DNA from: Orbicella franksi
Lineage: Eukaryota
Direction: 5' to 3'
Assembly (NCBI GenBank): GCA_964199315.1
Contig: OZ116698.1
Coordinates: forward strand, 16,306,001-16,370,000
Length of the DNA: 64,000 nucleotides
Under the pieces are notes generated by a model, which did no database searches, had not been told where the DNA came from, and was given only the letters and a program-made list of their open reading frames with translations. Within the stretch, counting starts at the first letter, position 1; the number at the start of each line of letters is the position of its first letter. The translations under genes and the position numbers were made by a program. Positions 13,037-26,343 of the stretch are shown here, piece after piece.

Positions 13037-16000
13037 GTCACAAACTTGGTCCAGTATCAGAAAAACACATAAACCGGGCAACCTTCCCACAGGACTAATG
13101 CTCTCGTTTCACAAGCATTAAAGCCGCGTAAAAATAACTGCATCTTTCCTGGACAAGATATTCTTTTGACAGTGGACAGCACAGAGCGGCTGAGTACAAA
13201 TTCCTGAGATTGCTGGCTGTTCGTGAGTTCTGTTGGCCACGTTTTATTGGTGAGAATATAAAGTGTTATGATCAAAGGGTTCGCTCTAATGCAGACAGAT
13301 TCATTTCTTACATCGATAGATAGTTCGAACGTTTGTACGCTGTTCTCTCGCTCGGTAGTACTTTGTGCTTACTGTGTTTAGAAGTGAAATATTTCGATGA
13401 TTCGTATTTTTCAGTGTGTGGCAATGTGAAGAAGTTGCTTAGAGCTGGCTGTCGGCGCGAAGTTCTCGTTATAATACATGTAGATGAAGCAATGCACAGG
13501 TCGTTGGTTGATCTTGAACTTACTTTAAACTTGGGTCTCTCGCAAATGATTGTCGTGAAATAGATGCTGATTCATCACTGAGGTAAGCTGCGTGTTGTTT
13601 TCTAAAATTATTTATCATTCGCTTGGTCTGGTTGAAAACAAGCACATCGAGTGAATCGATATTCAGCTTAGCGAATCGCGCTGGCTTGCTGTCGAGTAAT
13701 TTTTTTTAATGATTTAAATTGGTACATCTTATAGACTGTTCCTGTCTTCAATCTTTAACCGGAATGTCGCTCTTGGCGTGAAAATTTGCGGACTTGAACA
13801 TTGACAAACTGAACTGAATTGTTCGCAAAATATGAGAAGATTATTGAACTACAAGAACTTTATGTTGGTCATTTGCATAGTCAGTAATCCGTTTTCTGTG
13901 AACAGTGTGAGTTCCTTTTGTTTTGACGTTGTTTGTGGAGGGATTACCAGACACAAGCGAACATGGCCAGTGAGAATTGAAAAACTCACCAGGGAACACA
14001 CCTTTACGCTTGGCGCTAATTGAGTTTTACTTTCTTTTTCGCCATCATTGAGCGACACGAGCAAAGCGCATCGAGCTACTATGCGCAGCTGCCCAGCTGC
14101 TGAGGTTAATGTTATTGTAAGCTAGTTTTGCCGCTCTGTTGAGTTCCCTTGCTTGAGAACCGTCGAAAACTCGGCTTTCACTATCGTCACGAGAGCTGTA
14201 AGGCTATGTACGTAGTTTTTTGTGAGCGTTAGGTATTTTTTTTTGGCATGGAATCGCAATAAAAGGGTTGTTGTTTCGGAACATGTTCGCGCTGATTAAG
14301 ATTTATGTAGTAAGAAGCGATTATGCATAGTCATTGAGTATACATAGCATTGATGTTACGAAATTTTCGCGTGGTGGGCAATAACCGTGGTTTATTTCAA
14401 TGAATACATCCATTTTACTTTTCAGTGGCGCTATTTTAAACACTTTCAATGTTTTCGTAACGTTCCAGAATGATAGATGTCAAAAACAAAACGTATTTTG
14501 ACTCTCCTGCACTCATCGAGCAAAATGAGTCTTCTTATCAATGTATCGCGGTGTGAAGTTTATAACCAGTAATTTTCGAAAGTTGTTGTAAAAATTTTAA
14601 CACGATAAATTTTGTCTCTTTATCAGTCACCCGTTCAGTGACAGAAAAACTTGGTCGTACAGTTCAATATTGTATGTCAAAATGTTTTCTAATTGAACGA
14701 TGTTGGATTTGTCCTCACTCCTTAGCCGTGTCCATCAATACTGAAACTCTCCCTACCACTCCAAATAAATTTTCTATAGCCTTCCTAGCTAAGAGGAATT
14801 ATTTATTCGTACAATTTTTTTTCCTGGACATGACTTTTATCGCTTCTTTCGTGTTAGAAATTAAGAAAGTGGCAAAGATTTAGAAAATAGTTGTTGTGGT
14901 TTGTTTATGCAGGTTTATGATAAAAGGGTTAAAATAATTTGTTTTACGTTCAATTTGACTTCAATAATTTACAAAGCAGCTGTCAAGGTACAATTCATTG
15001 AAAAAAAAATGTATTTCACAATTTGTTTCTATGGAGATGTTTGGCAAATATATTTTAAATTTACATATGAATTTGTTCTGACCAATCAGCATGTTTCATT
15101 GAATTTAATCATATTTTATTGTGTTAAGGTTACTTCACTTTTTTCTACCCTTGGAGTAATTCAGAATATTTTTAAGTTCTTTTTGTGTAATACAACTGTA
15201 TTATACTATTTACATAACATAGAAAACTCAGTCTAAAAACTGTAGAGTTCTTCGGCTTAAAAGATGATTTCCAGTCCATACTGCACACTCTCGAGAGTTT
15301 CTTTGCATATTTTTGTTTTGTTTCATGCAAGACATCACAAAATGTAAACATTTTGCAACTTCTTACATGAAGTAAACTTAAAAGTTGCAAAACGAAGTCC
15401 TACCATTATGGATGCGAAGCAGTCAAAGCTTTATGCCTCATTCTTTCTCATATCACTTGATGAAACAACTTCGCAGCTGTACAAATCAATGAAGCTGTTG
15501 GAAAAAGAATTTGAAAGGCCTCAAAGATAAGGTACGTGGTTCGTAACGAGTAACATCAATTCGCATTCCATCGAGTGAGACTTAAAATGTTTATAAACAT
15601 TAGGGTGCTGAGACTGCGCAGTATGGACTGGAAATCTTCTGAATGTATGAAATAAATGAAATAAATAATATGTGTGTCCAAGTCTTCTCATGTTCAGATT
15701 TTGCTACAAAAAATGGTGTTTTGTGTACACAATTCATTAGTTGTTGATTGACTGGCCCTTGTTAAGGGGTATTTTCAGCAATTGGGATACTGTTGTGGAG
15801 AGGTGGCCAATTTGTGAATTAACAGACTGTCTACCTGGACAATTGAAGTGGCCATTTTAGAGAGGTGACCATTTCAGAGAGTTGACGTAATTAAACTAAA
15901 TAAAAGCAGTGAACATTTTGACATTGTTTAGTATGCATTACTGAGTTCTGATGCATACGGGAAGTTTGAAGAGCATGAAAGGAGCATAAGTTTTTTCAGT

Positions 16001-18348
16001 TTTTTCATAAGAGTTGCAGGAGACAGCCAAAAGTAACTCTAGATGCTTCTAGATTCTACCTAGCTGTAGATTGAATGGTACCCACAAAACTGCCAGATAT
16101 GCAGGCTTACTGTGCCATTGTGATATTAACCTTGCTAAGTATTTTTCTTACACTATATTGGTGTTTTGCACCTCCCAATGCCCCTCCAAGGAGAGTGGGA
16201 TAAACACCAAGAACGTAATGTCTTAATAATATTATGCCCAGATGGAGAAAATTCAAATCCAAGTAATTGCCCATGTGGTGTGGTCGTCTAGGTTTTATCC
16301 AAAGTAAATCTCAAAATGTATCGAAATTTGACCAAAACCAGTGGCAAAGTATTTTGCATCATATCTGTCAACTTATCCAGGAGATTTAGGCTGTATCTGG
16401 GACACACACTAGATAACCTGCATGGCTTTGCAAATGTGATAATCACCAGTAATGCTGATTTTCATCTAGGGACCTCTAGGGAATTCTTGTTTGAAGAGTA
16501 AACCCTGTTATAGACTTGTTTTTATTGAAGGCACTGTAGAATGGGGCAAAATTGTTATTAAATATTGTTACTGTTATCTAATCAGAGGTGTGGTTACCAT
16601 AAAAATGTCCATTAAAAGACCTTCTTTCAAGCTGGCTGCTTAATAGAAATCAGCAAAGGTGGGATAAAAAGAGGATTTGTTATGGAGACTTCCTTTATTT
16701 TGCCCTCTAAACAACTTATACAGAGGTCAAAGGGTAAAATTTTACTTTTTGTTATACTCACAACGAGTATCTATTAAAACTACACTGATGATGTTGAGGA
16801 TCTTGTTATTCTTGAGTTAGCTAGCTATCAACATGCCATTATATTTTGCTTTTAAAATGTAAGATTTTAGAAAGATTTGGAAAGATTTGGATTTTACAAC
16901 AGGAACAGGAAGATAAGTTTCCTGTGAGAAATAACTTTTTAATGCACTAAAGAGAGCAAAGCTGTTAATGGCTTCCTGATTTTCAATTGATAACATACAG
17001 GCAAGCGTGAAAGAGGTGGCTTTTTTGTTTTTGTTCAAGGTATAGTCTGCAGTGTGGCTGAATGGTGTAAGTCACCTGACTTTGTGGTTGCTGTGGGACT
17101 TGATAACCCACAATGTTATACCAGTGTCTGAGAGAGTAATACGGTTTGAATTTGCTTTGCTTTATGATATACAGACCTCAAAACTATGTCCCACTCTCTG
17201 CTCTTCACTTCTGATAAGAATTATTTTTATTTAATATCTTTTGATTCATAACTGCATCAAATTCAGAACAAATAACTTTCTACACATCTTAAATTGAAAA
17301 TGTTTAAAAAGCTTTTTAACACCCAATAAAAATATGATCAAGGATTTTTTACACTTTGGGGAGAGCAGCTTTGAACCCAGCTTCTAATATGAAAATAAAA
17401 ATGTTCCCTTTAAGTTTATTGACATTAATGTTGAACAGTGCATTGTTGAATAATCCAAAACAGCTGCAACTGTCATTAAACATGGGAAGGTGTAAGAAGC
17501 CCTGTCGTTAATGTCTTTGTTACTGATAAATTGTTTGCCTTAGGTTTCCCAATATCTTCCTGATTTGTCATCATTATCAAGCTGTCAGGTTCAAGTAAAA
17601 GCAATGGATGATGCAACTTCAATATGCTTAGCTTTAAAATGCAAGTTTGTGTAAATTTACTACTACACTTGCAGGCAGCAACTTTGTAGGTTCCTAGCCA
17701 ATATGTAAATGTTATCAGCATTCCAAAGATATATGGTTAGCGGTTTTAAATTTTGCATTTTGAAATTAATAAGCATGCGATACACAAGTGATTTGCAAAC
17801 TATTTCTATAAGTAGTTTGGCGAATAATCAAGTCACAGGTAAAGAAACCGGTGAGGAAGAGCTGAGTCAAATTCGAGCCTGTGTGACCTCACTTCTAAAT
17901 ATATAAGAAAAAAGTTTTCCATTGCTATGAATAATGCCAAAATATATATTTATAAGGGTCAGTTACTCCCAATGAGAGCAATATTAAATAATAATTTGGT
18001 AACTCAGCTTTAGAGGGAAAATAGGGTGGAATATTTAGGAGAAAGTAGTCGAATGCATGCAAATGTACACTGTAGAAGTTATCTTCTAATATAGGTACTA
18101 ATAGCTAAGTATTTATTCTGTTTTGTGCATAATTTGTCTTTCAGATTTAGACTTTGTTTTGCATGAATCTTTAATGTTGACCATTTTTTAATTCCTAGAA
18201 TTTTGTAGAAGGGTCATTATGACAGATTTGGAGGAAAAATCATCATCAATTTGTTGTTCAGTCCCCTCTGAGCACTTGGTCAATCATTTTGGTTCTTCAT
18301 TTTTATTTGTATTCTTCAAGTGTTAACAGATGAAGGTTGTAGACTTAA

Positions 18349-19138
18349 AGTGCCCATGACATGAAAAATAATATCTGCTTATTTGAAAGGCCTTTCAAAA
18401 TACAGAAGAATGGCATTTTTCTTTTTGAAATATCTTTTTTTCGTTTTAGAGATATTGATGTTTTCCTATTACGTAAACTAGATCAGTGATGATGTTATAT
18501 TGTTTGCAACTAAAAATGGTAAAATACTGAATAAACAATATCTCTGGAAATATTGAAGCAGTGTTCTTGAAACTTGGCACCACAAACGTACATCACAAAA
18601 GAAACAAAATGACACCCTTAGTGCTGTTGCCATGACAACAGTTTTGCCGCTGGTGCTGTCTTAATAAAAACTGAAATTCCCAGTTTTTGTCTTAAACCAA
18701 GAACCATGTACCCCACCAAATCTGATGATGGGAGTCAAGACAATATGGGAACTATGTCTGTTCCAAGTAGGACCCTTTGTCTCACTTTGGAGGTTGCAAA
18801 TGGGAATATTTGGTTTTTTGACAGAAAGAGAGTGGAGCTGAAAGAGTTCCTATGGCAATGTTCAGCCTAAGGGTGTCATTTTGTTTCTTTTGTGATGTAC
18901 ATTTGTGGTGTAAAGTTTCAAGAACACTGCTTCAATATTCCTAGAGATATTGTTCATACAGTATTTTACCATTTTTAGTTGCAAACAATATGACGTCATC
19001 ACTGATCTAATTTGTGTAATAGAAAAACATTAATATCTCTAAAATGAAAAAAGATCTTTCAAAAAGAAAAACCCCATTCTTCTGTATTTTGAAAGGTCTT
19101 TCAAATAAGAAGAAAATATTTTTCATGTCATATGCACT
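18349..19138. mobile_element. Fold-back non-autonomous DNA transposon (Kolobok-like, TTAA target)
   Basis: ~270-bp inverted arms AGTGCCCATGACATGAAAA...TTTTCATGTCATATGCACT; TTAA at 18345-18348 and 19139-19142. Confidence 0.85.
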
Positions 19139-19485
19139 TTAACAAACATTATAGAGAAAAAAAAATCTCTGATCATTACAAGAGAGTTAAAAGTGTGGCC
19201 TCCCCAAAACACTAAACTAAAAAAGTCATGATTCAAGATCCTTTGACATTGCTTATGGCTACTAAGGGTGTTGTAAATTACTATTTTGACCAGTGGTCCA
19301 GTGCACAAAAATTTGAAAGAACCTGAATCAACTTGTCTAATAACTAGTTGAGGTTCAAGCAAGTAAGCACCTAGGCTTCCCTTGAAAGTGTATGTTGAAA
19401 ATTTTGAAGCTGGCTTGTAATAAATCTGTGTTTGAAGACTTTTCTCATTACTAAACCTGATCTGCTCTGAGTGATAATATCTTTA

Positions 19486-20252
19486 CAGTGGTTATCAATC
19501 ACACACGACCTTCAGCGCAAAAGCGTCTAGACAAAACCCAAGTTTTGGTGGATGCCAGTTATCTCTGCCTCCTTGCCAACTGTATGCAAAATTTACCAAA
19601 AAAAACATTTTGCAGCCGTTCACTCGTAAAAATGATCATTTTACTTTCAGTTTGCATGGCTAGCTCACTAAATACATTAGCATTGAATATTCCTTGAAAT
19701 TTATGACTGAAGATAGGCAGGTCGCAATCAGGTTTCTCAACGGCCCTTCGCATGCATGAATGAACCCGAGAGCAAGCAAATCTACATGCAAACAAATAAT
19801 TGTTTCTGCACGTATTTGTCTTGGGGCTATGGACTGAACAAGACTTAAACGTTGTATAAACCTTAAAATTTTGTAAGGTAATAAGTTATAAGTTTTATAG
19901 GATTAAGTATTGTTCAGTCCATAGCCCCAAGAAAAATATGTGGAGAAATAATGTATTGTAGATTTGCTTGCTCTCTGGGTCATTCATGCATGCGAATGGC
20001 TGTTGAAAAACCCGACAAACGTCTTCATTTATAGATTTCAAGGAATATTTAATGCCAGTGTATTTAGTGAGCTAGCTGTACATACCGAAAGTAAAATGAT
20101 AATTTTTATGAGTGGACTGCTGCAAGGTTTCACTTTTTCAGGTAAATTTTGCATACAGTTGGCAAGGAGGCAGAGATGATTGACGTCCACCAAAACTTAG
20201 CTTTTGTCAAGATGTTTTTGCACTGAAGGTTGGGTGTGATTGATAACCACTG
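19486..20252. mobile_element. Fold-back element with ~360-bp inverted arms
   Basis: CAGTGGTTATCAATCACAC...GTGTGATTGATAACCACTG; the arms align over nearly the whole length around a short AT-rich loop. Confidence 0.85.
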
Positions 20253-20292
20253 TTATGAGATTATAAGATTTAGCTTCAATGACAGGTAAATG

Positions 20293-20473
20293 CAGTTCAA
20301 CCCCTATTAAACGGCCACCCTTATGGAAATGTATTCTGATAATGTTAAAGGGGTGCTAGCCGTTTAATAGAGGTAAACACAATAGAAAGGCCCTCGTCGG
20401 GACTTTGATTACTGGCCACCTTTAGAATAACGGTGGCTGTTTAGTAGGTGGCCACTTAATAGGGGTTCATCTG
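20293..20473. mobile_element. Tc1/mariner-pogo-type MITE; relatives at ~8484-8660 and ~10510-10583
   Basis: CAGTTCAACCCCTATTAA...TTAATAGGGGTTCATCTG, with internal GGCCAC/GGCCGT TAAT repeats. Confidence 0.65.
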
Positions 20474-20615
20474 TAAAATCAAAAACTCACAACTTATCGC
20501 TTGTGTCTATTTTGTTTGGTCTTTACAGTTTGTTGATAAATAATACAGCAAGGTTCAAGTCTCTTTCACCATTGGGTGGTCTTGGCGAGAGACTCGCCCC
20601 TTGTGGGCTAATATT

Positions 20616-23600
20616 ATGGGATGTTCTGCTGGTAAACATATGACTACAAGCCCAGAGGTCAGCTCTAGTTCCCACTCAGCTAAGGAGAATGGTTGCACAG
20701 TACATACACCTGGTAAGAGTGCAAACAGTTAAGCCTTTGGTTAAGAGCAGTTTATGGTACCTACCATGTAAGTTATATAGTCCATCAAATGTGTAGTTCC
20801 AGAAAATATCCATACCCACCCCAAGGAAGGTTAACGGAAATTCCATTTTTATTGCTACACCCCTTAAACTTTGATTCAAAGCTTGAAGCAGTTTTTGACA
20901 TGCCTAATATTGCTTTTCCACTATTTTTGCCATTTTATCACTGTAACCATACTTTATAGCTGAGCTTAACGCATGCTGCTACTGTCTGATTTAGTAAATG
21001 AATCGTTGAAGGTGAATATTTTGCACCACATTACAGATGTACCCAGACACTCACTGGAAAGCAGTGCCTTGAACACTAAGAGAAAGGATTCATCAAATAG
21101 CATTTCCTCAGTCAAAGAGCCTGATATTCCGGAACCAAAAAATGACATTAACAAGGATAAGGTAATAATCTTCAACTCTGAGTCCTGTTAGCCTGTGTAG
21201 CGGGCGTGTAAAGGGGAAGGGGAGGAGGAGGAAGAGAATTCGGGGAAGAGGACGCCTGCTACAAAAGCCGCTTCTTTTGCATCTCCACCTACTGTTCTAT
21301 GGTAATTGGATTAACAGAGCTGTCAGTTCAATGACCAATCAGAATAAGGCGCACGCTTTTCTGCATGACTGACTTTACACTGGAAGGCGTAGAGCATAGC
21401 ATAGCAGCGAGCATTGTGAGAAAATCTTCAAGCCGTGTAACGTCAGCAACTCCCACAAAGGTTTGTAAAAGAGGAAGAAAACCAAAGATAGACATTCAAA
21501 AAAACAGCAGCTGTAGATTTTGTGGAGTAAACTTTACCTCTGGAGGAGGAAGAGCGTCATTTGAAAATCTATTTCCGCTGTCGGGCAGAGAAGAAGGTGT
21601 TGGGCTGATTTTAGCTGATTGTTGCAGTTCGATTGGGTTTCCACTAATGAGAGACAAAAACTCTTCAGAGCGGATCTGTAGATCTTGTGGTCACAAAATA
21701 AGAAATGCAGCTGAACTGTACAGTTTTAGTGAGCAAGCTGTATGCAGCCCAAAAGTCAATGAAGATTTAAACTGCAAGGATTCGGATGATTGATGCAAAA
21801 GACAACTTCCCACCACTAGCATGCCTGAAAGAAGCAACACCAAAATACAGCTTATTGGAACAGATGGTAAATGCAACCAAAAAAGTACTGGAAAGGTTAA
21901 TTCCAAAAAAGCCTTGTTTTCAGATGCTAACCAACAGAGAAATCACCAGAATCGTTGCTTTACCATTCATTTCAAAGTCCATGGCACAAACAAACATTTG
22001 ATACGTGGGGCTTTTGCTGTATCCTGTGGGCAACACCGCTAATACATCTTTTCCATCTAGAAGAGATTTTACTGCAACTTCTTGCTCTGGTTTTAACTTG
22101 AATTCACTATGAACGATGATCTTCAAATCAGCCAAAGCTCTCGCTAGCATATCCACTTCAGCCACCATTTTGGTTGTTTTTGCATTACTTCACAAACCTG
22201 TCTTATTGTCCGATTAACCAATCAGAATTTTGCGGCCGCCAACGACCGCAGAAATGAACCCATAGGGGTCTTTATAGCAGGCATTCCTTTTTCCCCTCAC
22301 CCCCCTCACCCACTCCTCCGTTTTTTTTCCCCGAATTCTCTTTCTCCTCCCCCACCCCCTTCCCTTTATACGCCTGCTACGCAGGTTAAGTCCTGTAGTG
22401 CATGCAGTCAGGGTTTGCTGACTTCATGATTAGCAAAACTCTTTTGTTCCAAACACGATCAAAAGTATTTCCTCAAGAATTTTCCACAATTTACCACAAG
22501 ATTGTTAATGTTCAGGGTGTCGAAATTGTGAATGTTCTTTTTCTTTGCACTCAGCTGGGAGCCATACCAAGCAAAATTATACAGACCAACCTTCAGTTAT
22601 TAACTTAAACTGCCACTAGTAGGTAACAAAACAAAAAACACAAACGAAATAGACATGTTCCAAAAAAGCAAAATTTTAATATATTGGTATTTTTACCAAC
22701 ACCATTTGGTCCTGCAGGGTAAATTGATAGTTAAATTAGTTTCAAAAAAACTGCATTATCTGAGTGAGAAGTTTGACAAACTTTACTCAAGCAAGTCCAG
22801 TGGGCAAGTCCAGGCTAGGGTTGGTGAGTGGGTGGGAGGTCGGGCAATGGCAAATAGCAATATAGAAATTCACACTGACATCTGGCAAACAATTGATGAC
22901 TTAGACTTCAGACTTAGACCTCTACAAAGTACCCTGAGCTGGGTTGTTCAGAGGCCAATGAAGCTAACCCAGGATTAGCGAGAATTTTTATTTCAGTTTT
23001 GTAACTTTGTGGTGAGGGTTTCTGTTTATATATTGTTTGTCCTTCAGTTTTTAGTCTCAATAATCTCAAACTACACAAAACATAAGCAGCGAAAAACATT
23101 CTTTGCAAGAAGAATTAAGACTTCTGTTAACTTTTAATCCTGTGTTAGCATTAACCGGCTTTCGAACAACCCAGCCCAGAAAGATAAGAAAAGAATGTAT
23201 TCAGAATTTTTTTCCTCTACTAAGAGAAGAAAACAATTGATACAAAAATATCAAGTCCCTGGCTATTAGGTAAATTCAATTGATGTTTTGCTTGTTTGTT
23301 TGTTTTTTTGAAAGATTTGGAATCAGGATTTAATTTCCCTCAGAAATAAAACAAAATACATATAATAATTGAGCTAAAAAAGTCATGTTGTAATATGGTA
23401 GTTATAGCAGAAGCTGGATACATCTGGTGTTGTTAAATTATAAGTAACAATACTGTGCTCTTTTCCAGAATGAAGATCGAATATTGTCAAAGAAGACTAT
23501 ACCAATCAGGTAACACTCTGAGATGCCTTAAGTTCCTTTTTTAGATTTTAATAAATATATGGTATGGCTTCTGAACAAAGTTTCAAATAATTGTCATTTC

Positions 23601-26343
23601 CTCCACTTAGTGGTTTCATTTAAATTAGTTTCCCATCAAGCAGGACTTCGCTTTCCTTCAGAGCAACAAGGTGCTAGAACAAAGAAATATTATTTTCTAA
23701 GCAGTAGCAAATTGTTACAGTAATTTCCCGTTTATCAGGAGCAAAACATCACTTGAAAATTGCTGATGTGTGTATAATCATTTGCTCTCCCTTTTTTTTC
23801 AGACCTAATGATAATTTCTGCACAACTCCTAAACCTGTTCCAGTTAACCAAATCAGAGTGTAAGTACTCCAGATGTAATCCCCTTGTAATAATCTTTCAC
23901 TGATCTCTACAGTCTTCAAAGATTTTGGTCCAAGATTTTGCCAAGGATTGGGCTTAAAGGATCCTTGCATGTTTTTAGGAACTTTGAAAGATCTTCCAGA
24001 GTTCTTGTAAAGAACTCTGGAAGACCTTTATTTTGAAGAATTTTTCAGAAGTCTTCAAAAACTTGTAGGATCCTGAACTCCTGAACTCTGAGATCCTGTA
24101 AGCAGCTTAAATTTATTTCAATAATTTTTCCTCCCATGAGTGAATATAGACCATCTTCTGTTTAAGAATGTACCTAAACTTTACTACTGATAAGCTCATT
24201 AATAGGATTCTGTTCAATACATATTCTTCCCAGGGAAGGAGGAGGAGACCCTATACGTTACCGATGGGAGAGGGACGTGCTCAATTTACCTGTTATTATG
24301 ATGCTGTGTTGTATTTATAATTTACCATCTTTGCACCCTGGTTTAACTTGTAAACTGACCTTTAGCTAAGACCATCACTTATTTATGAGAGCCCTGCCCC
24401 ATCCCAACAAAGAACTCCATTTGTTCATACCATTACTGCTACTAATTACTAAGTTTTGTTCCTGGTTTGGACTTGGTTTTAACCGCCGGGAGTGGGGGTG
24501 GGTGGAGGGACTACCTTACATGGGCTATGTAAGTATGTGGGGCACCAAAGGGTATGGGTTTTTTTAGAAACAGTTTGTTGATTTAAGTATCAGGTCTTAA
24601 AGAAGGTAGCAAATTTTAGGTCAGGTCATAAATAGGGAAGGGAAAATCACAGACTTTGGTCTTAAATAGGGTAAGGGTTTTGGGAATTGGGCCTCACACC
24701 CCCACCAGATTTTTCTGGGAGTATCCCCCCCCAAGGGGTTTGAACTAGCTCTTTACTGAATCTCGCATTGTATACTCACCACGCCTGCATTTTGTCCCTA
24801 TTAGGCAGATGACAAAGTCTCAACTTGAGTTTTTCAGAATGCTCGATCAAAAAATTGATGCGGTTAGTGTAATCTTTTGATTTGCTATTTTAAGGATGTT
24901 GAGATTGTTTAGAGCGACTTTCGTATTACGTACCGTGAAGAAGTCTTTTCCTTGGTGTTCACCAGTAATTGAAAGTAGCCAAACCTGCTTTGCACGTTTT
25001 CCTTCTAAAATTGTCCTTAAAATACACGGAACCTATTCGATCAACCTATCAGAATGCCGAAAATCGAGTGGCGTTAAGCGAGCCTTTCACAAATTGACGT
25101 CAGTTTTTTATGCGTCTGTCCTCTTGTTGATGATAAACTGCGTCATAACACTGTCAAAATGGCTGTGGAACCACGAGCCGCAGGCGAGTGGTTCCGCAAT
25201 AAACTTTGACAATGTTATGACGAAATTTATCATCAATAAGAGGACAGATGCATAAAAAACTGATGTTAATTTGTTTTTTACAATAACAAGACCCCAAACT
25301 GGTCAAATGCCGGGAATAAATGAGGGGAAAAAACGCGTAAACTGGTCGTAAACAAAGATAAGTGAATTTTATTCAAAATGACGCGAACATTGTCAATAGC
25401 TTTTCTCGCTTTTTGATTGGCTACTTAAAAAAGTCCATGAAATCTCATTGGTTGAAAAGTTGAATGTTTGACAGCTGAGAGTTGAACTTGAAAGCTTGCA
25501 TAAATTAAAATTTTATCCGTCTGTACTCTTAGTGATGATAAAAATGAGCCAATCAGCGCGCGTGAAATTAGACAGTCATTGTAAAAATTGTGTTTTCAGG
25601 GATATCTTTCAGGGGGGACACATAAACTCGAACCACGCCCAGATTAGTCTCCTTAAACGGTTTAATTGGTTTAGCAAACAGGCAGAGCACCCGGGTGAGG
25701 GAGTCCAATACGAAAAGGTCGGAGATGCTCGTCGTCTTGCTCAGCGGTATAAATCAAGGATTCTGCTCTCTCTCAGGGTGTTGAGGATAAAACCCCACAT
25801 TTTTTAGCTGTCAAAGTATCTTTTAGGGTACACTCGAAAAGATTGCAATAAAAAACCAATATCATTTCTGTCTTCAGGCTCGATTTTCGCCAATCTCTCG
25901 AGTCCGGTCTACTAGCGCGGGCTGCTCTCCTGAACATTGCTGAACAGCAGCTGTTACACTGCTCTGCCACGTTGGAGGGGCGGGGGGTGGAACTCGCATA
26001 TCAGAATGTCGGGGATGCTCCTGGGAAAATTTGAATCAAAAGCTGCGCGCGTTCGCTCTTCGCGAAACCAATGATGTTACTTCTAGTTTGTTTGTTGGTG
26101 TCTACTCGAATCATACGAAAGTCACTCACCGTAATGCACACAAATATAATCATGTTGAACTGGGCTAATATATAAATATCCAGACCGTGTAAATCACCAT
26201 CATAGGACACAACTACGCACACACAAAAAAGATACTGCACATGAAAGAACTGTAGTTTTAGATCTGAGATATTTATTTATCAACTAACACTTTGCCTTGT
26301 CTCTCTCTAGGGACCAGATTATATATCTGAAACCGAAAGTTGA
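20616..26343 (+). CDS. C1orf21: C1orf21-like (DUF4612) protein, 136 aa, N-terminal MGC acylation motif
   Basis: Phase-consistent exons 20616-20712, 21037-21161, 23469-23509, 23803-23859, 24805-24862 and 26311-26343. The product begins MGCSAGKH and ends QMTKSQLEFFRMLDQKIDAGPDYISETES*, matching the C1orf21 signature (MGCASAKH; SQQEFFRMLDEKIEKGRDY). Confidence 0.9.
21189..22388. mobile_element. Internally deleted AcademH-like DNA transposon
   Basis: ~33-bp imperfect TIRs TAGCCTGTGTAGCGGGCGTG / CGCCTGCTACGCAGGTTA and 8-bp direct repeat AGTCCTGT. A + strand CxxC...CxxC (ZAD-like) ORF at 21365-21793 faces a - strand RecQ-like helicase N-terminus at 21920-22168 (LKPEQ...LAVLPTGYSKS). Confidence 0.8.
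25089..25274. repeat. Palindromic interspersed repeat (MITE-like)
   Basis: Inverted arms around GAGCCGCAGGCGAGTGG; the same core recurs at ~52986. Confidence 0.7.
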
